In this document: positions 25,663 through 36,306 of the stretch, piece after piece
How the letters are laid out: each line of letters opens with the position of its first letter
How positions within the stretch are numbered: position 1 is the first letter of the stretch
Assembly: GCA_964557115.1 (NCBI GenBank)
Contig: CAZKYO010000015.1
Span: 1,063-65,062 of the forward strand
Length of the DNA: 64,000 nucleotides
DNA from: an uncultured Gemmatimonadaceae bacterium
GTDB lineage: Bacteria > Gemmatimonadota > Gemmatimonadetes > Gemmatimonadales > GWC2-71-9
Reading direction: 5' to 3'
The notes under the pieces: generated by a model
What the model was told of the DNA's origin: nothing
Database searches by the model: none
The model's input: the letters and a program-made list of their open reading frames with translations, nothing else
Made by a program: the position numbers and the translations under genes

Positions 25663-26046
25663 TCACGGCAGCGTCACGCTGCAGGTGGTGAGGAAGCCGC
25701 CCCGGATGTTGTAGCGCGTCGTGACGGTCAGCGTCCTGGCGCCGAGCACCCGCTGCAGGTCCTCGGCGAGCCGGGCGGTGGCGTGTTCCTGGTAGATCCC
25801 GACGTTGCGATAGCTCATCACGTAGTACTTGAGCGACTTGAGTTCGACACACCGGTCGCTCGGCACGTAGCTGAGGGTGAGCTTCGCCTGGTCGGGGAGC
25901 CCACTGAAGGGGCAGACCGCCGAGAACTCGTCGGTCTCGGTGACGATCTCCTGGGCGGGGCCCTCGTAGGGGAAGGTCTCCAGGACCGCGACGTCGATCG
26001 CCTCGGGTCCGGTGAACGGGATGGTGCGGCCTTCGGCGCTTGGCAC
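25663..26046 (-). CDS. queF: NADPH-dependent 7-cyano-7-deazaguanine (preQ0) reductase, type I
   Basis: FSAVCPFSGLPD catalytic Cys segment and the ELKSLKYY QueF motif. About 127 aa, GTG start. Confidence 0.85.
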   Translation of the reverse strand: MPSAEGRTIPFTGPEAIDVAVLETFPYEGPAQEIVTETDEFSAVCPFSGLPDQAKLTLSYVPSDRCVELKSLKYYVMSYRNVGIYQEHATARLAEDLQRVLGARTLTVTTRYNIRGGFLTTCSVTLP

Positions 26047-26077
26047 GGGGGCTCCGCGGCTCGGGGTGACCGGAAAC

Positions 26078-27292
26078 CTAGTCCCTGCGCCGGCGATCCG
26101 GGGGCTTCGCGCCGGGTCGATCGACCAGTCGTCCGGGACGGACGGCGTCGAAGCCGAAGCGGGCGCGGACGTCGTCCACGGCGCGGGTGACCGTCTCGCG
26201 GCGCACCTCCTCGGCGGCGCGGAAGAGGTCGGCCTCGGTCACCGGGGCGAGGGTGGTGGCCGCGACGCCGAGCAGGCGGACGGCCTGGCCCCGGTCGCGG
26301 GCGGCCCGGAAGGCCGGGTCGATCAGGCGTCGTGCTGCCGCGAGCAGTGGCTGGTCAAGTGCCGTGGCCGGACGGATCGTCGTCCGCCGCGTCACCGTGT
26401 GAAAGTCGCCGTGCCGGAGCTTGAGCACCACCGCGCCGGCCGCGAGCCCCTCCTCGCGCAGCTGCGCGGCCACGCGCGCCACCAGCAACAGCAGCACGCG
26501 ATCGAGTTCCGCCGGGTCCGACACGTCCCGGCGGAATGTCGTCTCGCGCGAGACCGACTTGGCCTGCGCCCGCTGGCGCAGCGACGCGCCGCCACGCCCC
26601 TCGGCACGGCGCCGCAACAGGATCGCCTCCTCCCGGCCGATGAGCGCGGCCAGTGCCGACTCCGGCATCGCCTGCACCTGCGCGATCTCCGAGAGGCCGC
26701 GCGCCTCGAGGCGACGAGCGGTGTGGGGCCCGATGCCGGGGAGCGCGGCGAGCGGCAGCCCGGCCAGGAACCCGCGTTCCCAGCCCTCGCGCACCTCGCA
26801 GATGCCGCGGGGCTTGGCGTAGTCGGAGGCGATCTTGGCGAGCATCCGGTTGGGGCCGATGCCGACGGAACAGTCGAGGCCGACCTCGGCGCGCACCGCC
26901 GTGCGCAACGCCGTCGCGAGATCCAGCAGCGACACGGGGTGCAGCAGGTCGGTGCCGCTCATGTCGAGGTAGCCCTCGTCGAGCCCGGTCATCACGACCA
27001 GCGGCGCGAAGCGCTCGAGCACCGCACGGACCTCGCCCGAGGCGCGGCGGTACTCCGCGAACTCGCCCCGGACAAACGTAGCCCCCGGACAGCGTCGCAC
27101 CGCCTCGGCGATCGGCATGCCGCTCCGCACGCCGAAGGCGCGCGCGCCGTAGCTGGCCGACTGCACGACGCCGCGCGAATCGCGGCGGCCGCCGACCACG
27201 AGCAGCTCGACCTCGCGGAGGGCGGGGTCGAGCCGGCGGCATACCTCGACGAAGAAGGCGTCGAGGTCGACGTGCATCAGGCGAATGGACAC
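26078..27292 (-). CDS. dinB: DNA polymerase IV (Y-family)
   Basis: MHVDLDAFFVEV, SASYGARAFGVRSGMP, LDEGYLDM and LPGIGPHTARRL motifs. The start could instead be the internal Met at 27277. Confidence 0.9.
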   Translation of the reverse strand: MSIRLMHVDLDAFFVEVCRRLDPALREVELLVVGGRRDSRGVVQSASYGARAFGVRSGMPIAEAVRRCPGATFVRGEFAEYRRASGEVRAVLERFAPLVVMTGLDEGYLDMSGTDLLHPVSLLDLATALRTAVRAEVGLDCSVGIGPNRMLAKIASDYAKPRGICEVREGWERGFLAGLPLAALPGIGPHTARRLEARGLSEIAQVQAMPESALAALIGREEAILLRRRAEGRGGASLRQRAQAKSVSRETTFRRDVSDPAELDRVLLLLVARVAAQLREEGLAAGAVVLKLRHGDFHTVTRRTTIRPATALDQPLLAAARRLIDPAFRAARDRGQAVRLLGVAATTLAPVTEADLFRAAEEVRRETVTRAVDDVRARFGFDAVRPGRLVDRPGAKPPDRRRRD

Positions 27293-27339
27293 GCGGTCGG
27301 ACTCGGCGAAGGACGTCGCAATCTATCGCCCCGCGCCGG

Positions 27340-28260
27340 TCACTCGACGGGGAGGCCGAGCTCCCTCGCGAAGAACGCGGCCCGGTCGCGCGCGGCGGCA
27401 GGAAAAAGGGCGAGTCCGTGGCCGGCATCGTACCACGCGACCTCCTTCGGGTCGCCGGCGGCCCGCTGGAGCGCCTCGGCGTCGTCGCGATCGACCAGCT
27501 GGTCCTGCCTCGCGCTCTGGATCAGCAGCGGCGTGGGCGACGAGCGCCCCACGAACCGGATCGGCTCGATCGGGTCCATGGCCGCGATCCAGCGGGCCTG
27601 TGCGTCGGCGGAGAGGCCGGCGAGCGGCCCGTTCGGCGTACCGTCCGCGTCGGTGAAATGCGCCAGGAGTCCGCCATCGGGCACGAAGAGGTTCGCCGCC
27701 CGGAGGCGTCGCTCGATGCCGACGAAGAGTGCGCCCATCGCGCCGCCGTAGCTGCCGCCGATGTAGCCGATCCTTGCGGCATCGACGTCGCCTCGCGCGA
27801 CGAGCACGTCGACGGCGCGCTGGAGATCGCGGATCAATTGCACCTGCTCGACGCTGTCGCGCACGGTGAAGTCCGGCAGGCCGCCACGGCGGACCCAGGG
27901 CGCGTCGATCGCGAGCGCCACGGCGCCGCGTCGCGCGGCCGGCAGGCCGAGCGCGGCCATCGCGCCTTGCGCGTTGCCGGGGAGGCCGTGCAGCAGGAGC
28001 AGCGCCGGGTGGCGCCCACCGCCCGGCGGCACGGCCAGCACCCCCGTCACGCGTCCGCCGTCCGGCGAGGCGTAGCTGATGGCGTACATCCGGATGTCGC
28101 CGCGATCCGGCTGGCGGACGGTGTCGACCGCCAGCGGGGCGGCACGGTCATACCCGAATGGTGTCGGACCGGTCCCCTGTGCCGCGGTCGGCGCGGCGCG
28201 TCCGCAGCCGGCGATCAGCAAGGCGAGGATGGCGCGAGGCGAGGGACGGTGCACCAGCAC
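27340..28260 (-). CDS. Alpha/beta hydrolase (dienelactone hydrolase/S9-like) lipoprotein
   Basis: Lipobox LLIAGCG, nucleophile elbow GGSYGG, and a C-terminal Asp/His pattern (D...AGHG). Confidence 0.65.
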   Translation of the reverse strand: MLVHRPSPRAILALLIAGCGRAAPTAAQGTGPTPFGYDRAAPLAVDTVRQPDRGDIRMYAISYASPDGGRVTGVLAVPPGGGRHPALLLLHGLPGNAQGAMAALGLPAARRGAVALAIDAPWVRRGGLPDFTVRDSVEQVQLIRDLQRAVDVLVARGDVDAARIGYIGGSYGGAMGALFVGIERRLRAANLFVPDGGLLAHFTDADGTPNGPLAGLSADAQARWIAAMDPIEPIRFVGRSSPTPLLIQSARQDQLVDRDDAEALQRAAGDPKEVAWYDAGHGLALFPAAARDRAAFFARELGLPVE

Positions 28261-28420
28261 TCCTTGGGGGATCGCGGTCGGGTGAGACTCGCTTCCCGGA
28301 CGCGTGGCGCGCCCGGCAGGTTTCCGCTGCTTCGTGCGGGTGCGGTGGCGTGTTCACGCCGAGGGGGCCACCACCCGCCGCTATCTTTCCCGTGTCCCCC
28401 AATGGAAGGTGGCTTCCCGC

Positions 28421-29311
28421 ATGCGCATCGGCTTCATCGGCCTCGGCGCGATCGGCACGCCGATGGCGGCGCGCCTCCCCGTCGCCCACCAGCTCGCCGT
28501 GTGGAACCGGACGGCGTCGCGTGCCGTGACCTTCAGCGCCGAGCACGGCGGCGTCCGCGCGGCGACCTCGCCGCGGGACCTGGCCGAGGGCGCCGAGGCG
28601 ATCGTCACCTGCCTCCCCACCAGCGTCGAGGTCGAGGCGCTGCTGGACGGCCCGGACGGCCTGCTGGCCGGGATGGCCGAGGGGACGCTGCTCATCGATT
28701 GCACCTCCGGCGATCCCGCCACCTCGCGACGGATCGCCGACCGGCTCCGCGAACGGGGCATCGGCTTCGTGGACGCCCCCGTCAGCGGTGGACCTCCGCT
28801 CGCGAAGACCGGCCAGCTGACGGTGATGTGCGGCGGCAGCGACGTCGACGTCGCGCAGGCGGAACAGGTCGTCGCCGCGTTCGCGGCGAAGGTCGTGCGG
28901 ATGGGGCCGGTCGGGGCGGGGCACGCGATGAAGGCGGTCAACAACGCGCTCCTCGCCGTCAACATCCTGGCCGTGGGCGAGGGGATGGTCGCCCTGGCCA
29001 AGGCGGGGATCGCCCCGGCCAAGGCGATCGAGGTGCTGAACGCCTCCAGCGGGCGGTCGTTCGTGACCGAGACCCTGGTGCCGGAGCGGGTGCTCTCGGG
29101 AAGCTGGCCGCGGCTCTTCCGGCTGGCGCTGCTGGAAAAGGACGTCGGCATCGCCCACGAGGTGACCAAAGATGCCGGCACCGACGATCCGGTGCTCGAG
29201 TTCGTCCGCGAACGGTACCGCCGGCTCCGTGGCGAGCTGGGCGAGGCGGCGGACTACATGGACCCGATCGCGGCGGCGGAGCAGGCGGCCGGGGTGGAGC
29301 TTCGCGGGTGA
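28421..29311 (+). CDS. NAD(P)-dependent 3-hydroxyisobutyrate dehydrogenase-family oxidoreductase
   Basis: MRIGFIGLGAIGTPMA Rossmann motif, DAPVSGG, GAGHAMKAVNN. ORF trimmed to the ATG at 28421. Confidence 0.8.
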   Translation: MRIGFIGLGAIGTPMAARLPVAHQLAVWNRTASRAVTFSAEHGGVRAATSPRDLAEGAEAIVTCLPTSVEVEALLDGPDGLLAGMAEGTLLIDCTSGDPATSRRIADRLRERGIGFVDAPVSGGPPLAKTGQLTVMCGGSDVDVAQAEQVVAAFAAKVVRMGPVGAGHAMKAVNNALLAVNILAVGEGMVALAKAGIAPAKAIEVLNASSGRSFVTETLVPERVLSGSWPRLFRLALLEKDVGIAHEVTKDAGTDDPVLEFVRERYRRLRGELGEAADYMDPIAAAEQAAGVELRG

Positions 29312-30144
29312 AGGGAGGGCCGGATCCCGAGACGGCCCCGGTACTCGTGCTGGTGGCGGTGCAGGACCTCGTCAACCTGGCCTCCTGCATCCGGGTGGCG
29401 AAGAACTTCGGGATCACCGAGATCCGGCTGGTGCGGCCGGAGTGTCCCCTCGACCCGGTGCGGCTCGAGGGGATCGCCCACCACGCCGGCGACGTCATTG
29501 CGGCGTTGCAGGTCTTCGACGATCTCGATGCGGCGATGGCGGACCTCACCTACGTCCAGGCGCTCACCGGGCGGGAGCGGACCGCGAAGCGCACCATGCT
29601 CCGTCCCCGCGCGGGCGCCGCGGCGCTCCTCGAGCGGGCGGCCAGCGGACGGGTCGGGATCCTGGCGGGCCGGGAGGACCACGGCCTGCAGAACGAGGAA
29701 ATCGACCGCTGCGACGCGCTGGTCACGATCAGCGCCAATCCTGGCTATACCTCGCTGAACCTCGCCCAGGCGACCGGGATCTACGCCTACGAGACGTGGC
29801 TGGCCCGCGGCGGCGACGGGATCGCGTTCAAGGCCCCGCGCCGCAAGGCGCCGCTGGCTTCCCACGAGGAGCTGGAGGCCACCTTCCGCGACTGGGAGGC
29901 CTCGATGCACGCCATCGAGTTCTTCAAGAAGCGCGAGACGGAACTGGTGATGCGCGGATTCCGGGAGATCCTGTTCCGGGCCCGGCTGGATCGGCGCGAG
30001 GTGGGGCTCTTCCGGGCCATCGGACTGGAGATCGGCCACTTCCTCCGCCGCAAGGGGGTCCTCCCGCCGCTGCCGCCCCGCCATGGCCGGCGGGAGGACG
30101 CGGGGCCGGACGCCCCGGTTGAACCGACCCGCCGGAGGGACTAA
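29308..30144 (+). CDS. SpoU/TrmH-family RNA 2'-O-methyltransferase (TrmJ-like)
   Basis: GTG at 29308 forms a GTGA overlap with the preceding stop. NLASCIRVAKNFGI, GREDHGL and SLNLAQA SPOUT motifs. It is the only convincing part of the 908-aa ORF 27418-30144. Confidence 0.7.
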   Translation: MKGGPDPETAPVLVLVAVQDLVNLASCIRVAKNFGITEIRLVRPECPLDPVRLEGIAHHAGDVIAALQVFDDLDAAMADLTYVQALTGRERTAKRTMLRPRAGAAALLERAASGRVGILAGREDHGLQNEEIDRCDALVTISANPGYTSLNLAQATGIYAYETWLARGGDGIAFKAPRRKAPLASHEELEATFRDWEASMHAIEFFKKRETELVMRGFREILFRARLDRREVGLFRAIGLEIGHFLRRKGVLPPLPPRHGRREDAGPDAPVEPTRRRD

Positions 30145-30159
30145 GTTTGCGCCCGGCAA

Positions 30160-30187
30160 GGGAGTCGCGGCCTCGGCTCCCTCTTTT
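30160..30187 (+). terminator. Putative intrinsic terminator after the methyltransferase gene
   Basis: GGGAGTCG-loop-CGGCTCCC stem followed by TCTTTT. Confidence 0.45.
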
Positions 30188-30205
30188 CGCGGGACACGCG
30201 CGTTC

Positions 30206-30219
30206 GTGAATTCGTTCAC
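30206..30219. promoter_or_regulatory. CRP/FNR-family-like dyad GTGA-N6-TCAC upstream of actA
   Basis: cGTGAattcgtTCACa lies about 30 nt upstream of the actA ATG in a locally AT-richer stretch. Confidence 0.3.
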
Positions 30220-30250
30220 AAGCACGGATCCTCTTCGGCGGTCAGCAGAT

Positions 30251-30826
30251 ATGCGCAAGCGGTTCTTCGTCGGGGTGCTCGCAGTGGCAGCGGCGGTGAC
30301 GGTGATGCTGGCCGTCAGCCGGCCGGGTGACGCGCAGCAGCCCGCCCCTCCTCCGTCGGTCCTCAGCGCGGCGGACAGTGCCGGGCTCCCTGGCCCCCGC
30401 CAGCCGATCTTCTTCCGGCACGATCTGCATGCCGGCCAGTTCAAGATCAATTGCCAGTATTGCCACTCGACGGTCTCGGTCTCCTCGGAGCCGGGGATCC
30501 CGAGCATGCAGACGTGCATGGGGTGCCACGCGATGGTGGCCGGCAGCGACTCGACCAACCGCGCCGAGATCAAGAAGCTCAAGGATGCGTGGGCCGCGGG
30601 GACGCCGATCGAGTGGACCCGGGTCCACGCCGTGGCGCGCCACGTGAAGTTTCCGCACATGATGCACATCAACGCGCTGGGCGACAACGCGTGCGCCACC
30701 TGCCACGGCAACGTCGCGCGGATGCCGCAGGTCTACCGGGTCAACAACGTGACGAACATGGGGTTCTGCATCAACTGCCATCTCGAGCGCAACGTCACCC
30801 GCGACTGCACCGCGTGCCACTACTGA
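30251..30826 (+). CDS. actA: Alternative Complex III subunit ActA (pentahaem cytochrome c)
   Basis: N-terminal anchor and 5 CXXCH (CQYCH, CMGCH, CATCH, CINCH, CTACH). Position and size are typical of ActA. Confidence 0.85.
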   Translation: MRKRFFVGVLAVAAAVTVMLAVSRPGDAQQPAPPPSVLSAADSAGLPGPRQPIFFRHDLHAGQFKINCQYCHSTVSVSSEPGIPSMQTCMGCHAMVAGSDSTNRAEIKKLKDAWAAGTPIEWTRVHAVARHVKFPHMMHINALGDNACATCHGNVARMPQVYRVNNVTNMGFCINCHLERNVTRDCTACHY

Positions 30827-30827
30827 C

Positions 30828-33800
30828 ATGACGACGCGACCCATCGACCCCGCCGCCGAGGAGACGCCGCAGGGCGTCGGCCGCCGCCAGTTCCTGAAGG
30901 TCCTCGGGGTGACGGGAGCCGGCACCGCCGCGCTCACCGGCTGCTCGAGTGACCGGATCAGCAAGCTGGTCCCCTACATGGTGCAGTCCGAGCAGCAGGT
31001 GCCCGGGGTGCCGACCTGGTACGCCTCGACCTGCACCGAGTGCAGCACGGGCTGCGGCGTCCACGTCAAGACGCGCGAGGGCCGCGCGATCAAGCTCGAG
31101 GGGAATCCCGACCACCCGACCAACGCCGGCCGCCTCTGCAGCCGCGGCCAGGCCGGGCTCCAGTCGCTGTACAACCCCGACCGCATCGGCGCCCCGCTGG
31201 CCCGGAACGCGAGCGGCAGCTTCGACGAGATCACCTGGGACGACGCGATCGCGCGGCTCGCCGCCAAGCTCGGCACCGCCAACGGCCGCGTGGTCGCGCT
31301 GAACGGCTACGGGCCGTCGACGTTCTCGACGCTCCTCGGCGACGTGATGACCGCCGCGGGCGGGCGGGCCGTCGCGTGGCAGGCCTTCAACCGCGACGCC
31401 GAGCGGATCGCCAACCAGCGTACCTGGGGCCGCGACGACCTGCCGCACTACGACTTCGCCTCGGCGCGGCACATCGTCTCGTTCGGCGCCGACTTCCTCG
31501 ACACGTGGGGCGACACGGTCCGGCAGCAGCGCGGCTTCGCCGAGTCGCACGGGTTCAACGGCGGGACGATGGCGAAGCACGTCTACGTCGGGCCGCGGAT
31601 GAACCTGACCGGCCTGAACGCCGACGAATGGCTGGAGGTGCCCGCCGGCACCGAGGTGCAGGTGGCGCTCTGCTTCGCGCGCGCCGCGGCCCAGCATCAC
31701 GGGTCGGCGCTGGCGGGGAGCCTCGGCAGCTACACCCCGGAGGCCGTCGCGGCCGCCACCGGCCTCGACGCCGGCCGGCTCGGACGGCTGGCCGACGAGT
31801 TCGCCCAGGCGGCGCCCTCGCTGGCGGTGGCCGGCGGCATCGGCGCGCAGCACCGCGGTGCGATCGAGCTCTGCCGCGCGGTGAACCTGCTCAACGATGC
31901 CGCGGGCAACGTCGGCCGGACGGTGACCTTCGGCGAGGGCGCCGCGGCGGGCGATGGCTACGGCACGATCAACGACGCCTTCCAGGCGATGCAGCGCGGC
32001 GAGATCGCCCTGGTGCTGGTGCACGAGGCGAACCCGCTCTACGCGCTCCCGAAGCAGGGGGCCTTCGCCGACGCATTCGCGAAGGTGGCCTACAAGGTCT
32101 CGACCGCCAACGTGCTGGACGAGACCGCGATGGCATGCGACCTGGTGCTGCCGAACCTGCACGCGCTGGAGCGCTGGGACGACCTCGCCCCGCGTCCCGG
32201 CGTGCGCGACCTGCTGCAGCCGGTGATGGAGCCGGTGCGGCCCGGGATGCACACCGGTGACGTCTTGCTGCGCGCGGCGAAGGCCGCCGGCCTTACGGTT
32301 GCGGCCGCGACCACCGCCTCAACGTTCGAGAATCACCTCCGGGCCACTTGGGAAGCCGCGGCGCCGGCCGGCGCCACGGCCGACGCGTGGTGGCGCGAGC
32401 GGCTGGCGGGCGGCGGCAGCTTCACTGCACAGGCCGGGGTCGCGCCGGCGCTCGCCGCGGGTGCCACGGCCGCGATCGACGCCGCGCTGCCGAGCTTCGA
32501 CGGCGACGGCGAGTTCACCTTCCTGCCGTACCCCTCGATGATGTACTTCGACGGGCGCGGGGCCAACAAGCCGTGGCTGCTCGAGAACCCCGATCCGGTC
32601 ACCAAGGTGACGTGGCAGTCGTGGGTCGAGCTGCACCCGGCGACGGCCAGGCGGGTGGACGTGCGCGAGGGCGAGATCGTCGAGGTCGTCTCGCCGCACG
32701 GCAGCGTGCGCGCGCAGGTGCTGGTCTATCCCGGGATCCGCGAGGACAGCGTCGCCATGCCGCTCGGCCTGGGGCACACCGCCTACGGGCGCTACGCCAA
32801 GGACCGCGGCGTCAACGCCCTCGACCTCCTCGGTGCGGCCGACGGGCAGGGCTTCCTGCCCTATGTCGCGACCAGGGTCGCCCTCCGCAAGACCGGCGAC
32901 TACCGCCAGGTCGCGAAGACCGAGGGCAACCCCCGGCAGCTCGGTCGCGGGATCATCGAGTACATGCCGGTGGCGCACGCCGCGGCCGGGATGACGCCCG
33001 AGGAGTCCTACAAGGCGGCGGGCCACGAGCCCCACGAGGTCAACACCGAGCGCGAGGTCGAGGCGCTCGACGGATGGGCCGAAAAGGTCCACGAGCGGAC
33101 CCTGCTGGGCGACTACGACCGCGAGGGGACCCCCAAGTGGGGGATGGCGGTCGACTTGTCGCGCTGCACCGGCTGCTCCGCCTGCGTGACGGCGTGCTAC
33201 GCCGAGAACAACATCGCCACCGTCGGCGAGGCGCAGGTGTTCAAGGGTCGCGAGATGAGCTGGATGCGGATCGAACGCTACTGGGAGGGCGGCGAGGACG
33301 GCGAGCCGATCTCGGCCGGCTTCGCCCCGGTGATGTGCCAGCACTGCAACAACGCCCCGTGCGAGCCGGTGTGCCCGGTCTACGCCGCGTACCACACCGC
33401 CGACGGGCTGAACGGGCAGGTCTACAACCGCTGCGTCGGGACCCGCTACTGCAGCAACAACTGCCCGTACAAGGTGCGCTACTACAACTGGCTCAAGTAC
33501 AACGAGATGGCGTGGCCGGAGCCGCTCAACCTGCAGCTCAACCCCGACGTGACGGTGCGGGCCCGCGGCGTGATGGAGAAGTGCACCTTCTGCGTGCAGC
33601 GCATCCGCGGCGCCCAGCACACGGCCCGGCTCGAGAACCGGCCGGTGCGCGACGGCGAGGTCGTGCCAGCCTGCGCCCAGGCCTGCCCCTCGGGCGCGAT
33701 CGCGTTCGGCAACGTCCGCGACCCGGACGCCGCGGTGCTCAAGTGGAAGGCCGACCCGCGCGGCTATACCATGCTGGAGGAGACCAACGTGCAGTCCTCG

Positions 33801-33863
33801 GTGACGTACCTGGCGAAGGTGCTGCACCGCGACGCGGCCGCGTCGACGGCGGGGGGGCACTGA
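30828..33863 (+). CDS. actB: Alternative Complex III subunit ActB (molybdopterin-oxidoreductase-like domain fused to a 4Fe-4S domain)
   Basis: Tat motif GRRQFLK. Complex-iron-sulfur-molybdoenzyme-like N-half. C-half has ferredoxin Cys clusters (CTGCSACVTACYAENN, CQHCNNAPCEPVCP, CVGTRYCSNNCPY, CTFC...CAQACP). Confidence 0.9.
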   Translation: MTTRPIDPAAEETPQGVGRRQFLKVLGVTGAGTAALTGCSSDRISKLVPYMVQSEQQVPGVPTWYASTCTECSTGCGVHVKTREGRAIKLEGNPDHPTNAGRLCSRGQAGLQSLYNPDRIGAPLARNASGSFDEITWDDAIARLAAKLGTANGRVVALNGYGPSTFSTLLGDVMTAAGGRAVAWQAFNRDAERIANQRTWGRDDLPHYDFASARHIVSFGADFLDTWGDTVRQQRGFAESHGFNGGTMAKHVYVGPRMNLTGLNADEWLEVPAGTEVQVALCFARAAAQHHGSALAGSLGSYTPEAVAAATGLDAGRLGRLADEFAQAAPSLAVAGGIGAQHRGAIELCRAVNLLNDAAGNVGRTVTFGEGAAAGDGYGTINDAFQAMQRGEIALVLVHEANPLYALPKQGAFADAFAKVAYKVSTANVLDETAMACDLVLPNLHALERWDDLAPRPGVRDLLQPVMEPVRPGMHTGDVLLRAAKAAGLTVAAATTASTFENHLRATWEAAAPAGATADAWWRERLAGGGSFTAQAGVAPALAAGATAAIDAALPSFDGDGEFTFLPYPSMMYFDGRGANKPWLLENPDPVTKVTWQSWVELHPATARRVDVREGEIVEVVSPHGSVRAQVLVYPGIREDSVAMPLGLGHTAYGRYAKDRGVNALDLLGAADGQGFLPYVATRVALRKTGDYRQVAKTEGNPRQLGRGIIEYMPVAHAAAGMTPEESYKAAGHEPHEVNTEREVEALDGWAEKVHERTLLGDYDREGTPKWGMAVDLSRCTGCSACVTACYAENNIATVGEAQVFKGREMSWMRIERYWEGGEDGEPISAGFAPVMCQHCNNAPCEPVCPVYAAYHTADGLNGQVYNRCVGTRYCSNNCPYKVRYYNWLKYNEMAWPEPLNLQLNPDVTVRARGVMEKCTFCVQRIRGAQHTARLENRPVRDGEVVPACAQACPSGAIAFGNVRDPDAAVLKWKADPRGYTMLEETNVQSSVTYLAKVLHRDAAASTAGGH

Positions 33864-33864
33864 G

Positions 33865-35225
<1,361 letters not shown>

Positions 35226-35226
<1 letters not shown>

Positions 35227-35738
35227 TGGCCGTCCGCACCGTCCCCGGCGTCCTCGGCCAGTTCGTCCACGTGGACGGCGCCTGCGACGCGATCCGCGAG
35301 CTCAAGTCGACGGGGTTCCAGGACCTCACCGTCTACTCGGCCGCGCCGAACCACGAGCTCGAGGCCGCCATCGGCGACCCGATCTCGCCGGTCCGCTGGT
35401 TCACGCTGGTGGGCGGCCTGACCGGCTGCGCCGCCGGCTTCGGGATGACGATCTGGATGTCGCGCGACTGGCCGCTGCTGGTGGGCGGCAAGGCGATCGC
35501 CGCGATCCCGCCCTACGTGGTGATCGGCTTCGAGCTGACGATCCTGACCGCCTCGCTCCTCAGCGTGCTCGCCGTGATCTTCCTCTCGGCCCGCAAGTCG
35601 CTCTCGGGGCGGGCCTACGACCCGCGCTTCAGCGACGACCGGATCGGGATCTTCGTCCCCTGCGGCGCCGACCGCGCGGCCGGGGTCCAGTCGCTCCTCG
35701 AACGGCACGGCTCGGTGGAGGTGTCGCGTGACGCGTAG
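35226..35738 (+). CDS. actD: Alternative Complex III subunit ActD (DUF3341-like)
   Basis: The ATG shares 1 nt with the actC stop (TGATG). Soluble N-domain plus 2 TM helices, in the canonical position. Confidence 0.7.
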
Positions 35739-36306
35739 GCTGCTGCTCGCCGGCGTGCTGCTGCTGGGCACCGCCGGCTGCAACTTCTGGTACAACGAGG
35801 TCCCGTCGCCGGACGACCTGATGCACGCGGTGCCGTGGTTCGACCACATGATCGGGTCGCGGGCCGTGTTCCCCTACCAGAGCGCGGCGGTGCCGCGCAA
35901 CACGCCGCACGGCATCGTCCCGATCGGTGGCGCCGAGGCCGACTGGGGCACCGGCGACCCGACGGCGAAGCCGCTGCCGCGCTACGGCTTCGACCAGGCC
36001 TACGCCAACCAGCTCGCCCGGCCGACCGACCTGCCGCCGGTGGCGGCCGACCGCGGCCAGAAGCTGTTCGGCACCTACTGCTCGGCGTGCCATGGCCCGG
36101 TCGGGGCCGGCGGGGGCACCGTCCCGGTGCCCGCCACGCCACTCACGTCGGCCCAGGTGGTCGCGCGGACCGACGGCTTCATCTACAGCTACATCCGCTA
36201 TGGCGGGGTCCTGATGCCGCAATACGGCGACAAGATCACCCGGCGCGAGGATCGCTGGGCGGTGGTCGACTACGTCCGGTCGCTCCAGCGCGGGAGCCAG
36301 CCGTGA
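35728..36306 (+). CDS. actE: Alternative Complex III subunit ActE (monohaem cytochrome c lipoprotein)
   Basis: Lipobox LLGTAGC and a single CSACH with a downstream Met ligand context (GGVLMPQYG). Confidence 0.75.
   Translation: MTRRLLLAGVLLLGTAGCNFWYNEVPSPDDLMHAVPWFDHMIGSRAVFPYQSAAVPRNTPHGIVPIGGAEADWGTGDPTAKPLPRYGFDQAYANQLARPTDLPPVAADRGQKLFGTYCSACHGPVGAGGGTVPVPATPLTSAQVVARTDGFIYSYIRYGGVLMPQYGDKITRREDRWAVVDYVRSLQRGSQP

Noticed and set aside
25663-27292. queF adjacent to dinB as a possible 7-deazaguanine DNA-modification (Dpd-like) or damage-tolerance system.
   Set aside because: No tgt/dpdA-like transglycosylase, queC/D/E or restriction component is nearby. QueF is a standard queuosine tRNA-modification enzyme, and the adjacency is most simply coincidental.
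27418-30144. A 908-aa ORF spanning the hydrolase, dehydrogenase and methyltransferase loci.
   Set aside because: Only the last 278 codons (from the GTG at 29308, a GTGA overlap with the preceding stop) show a real family signature (SPOUT). The upstream part is antisense or out of frame relative to two well-supported genes.
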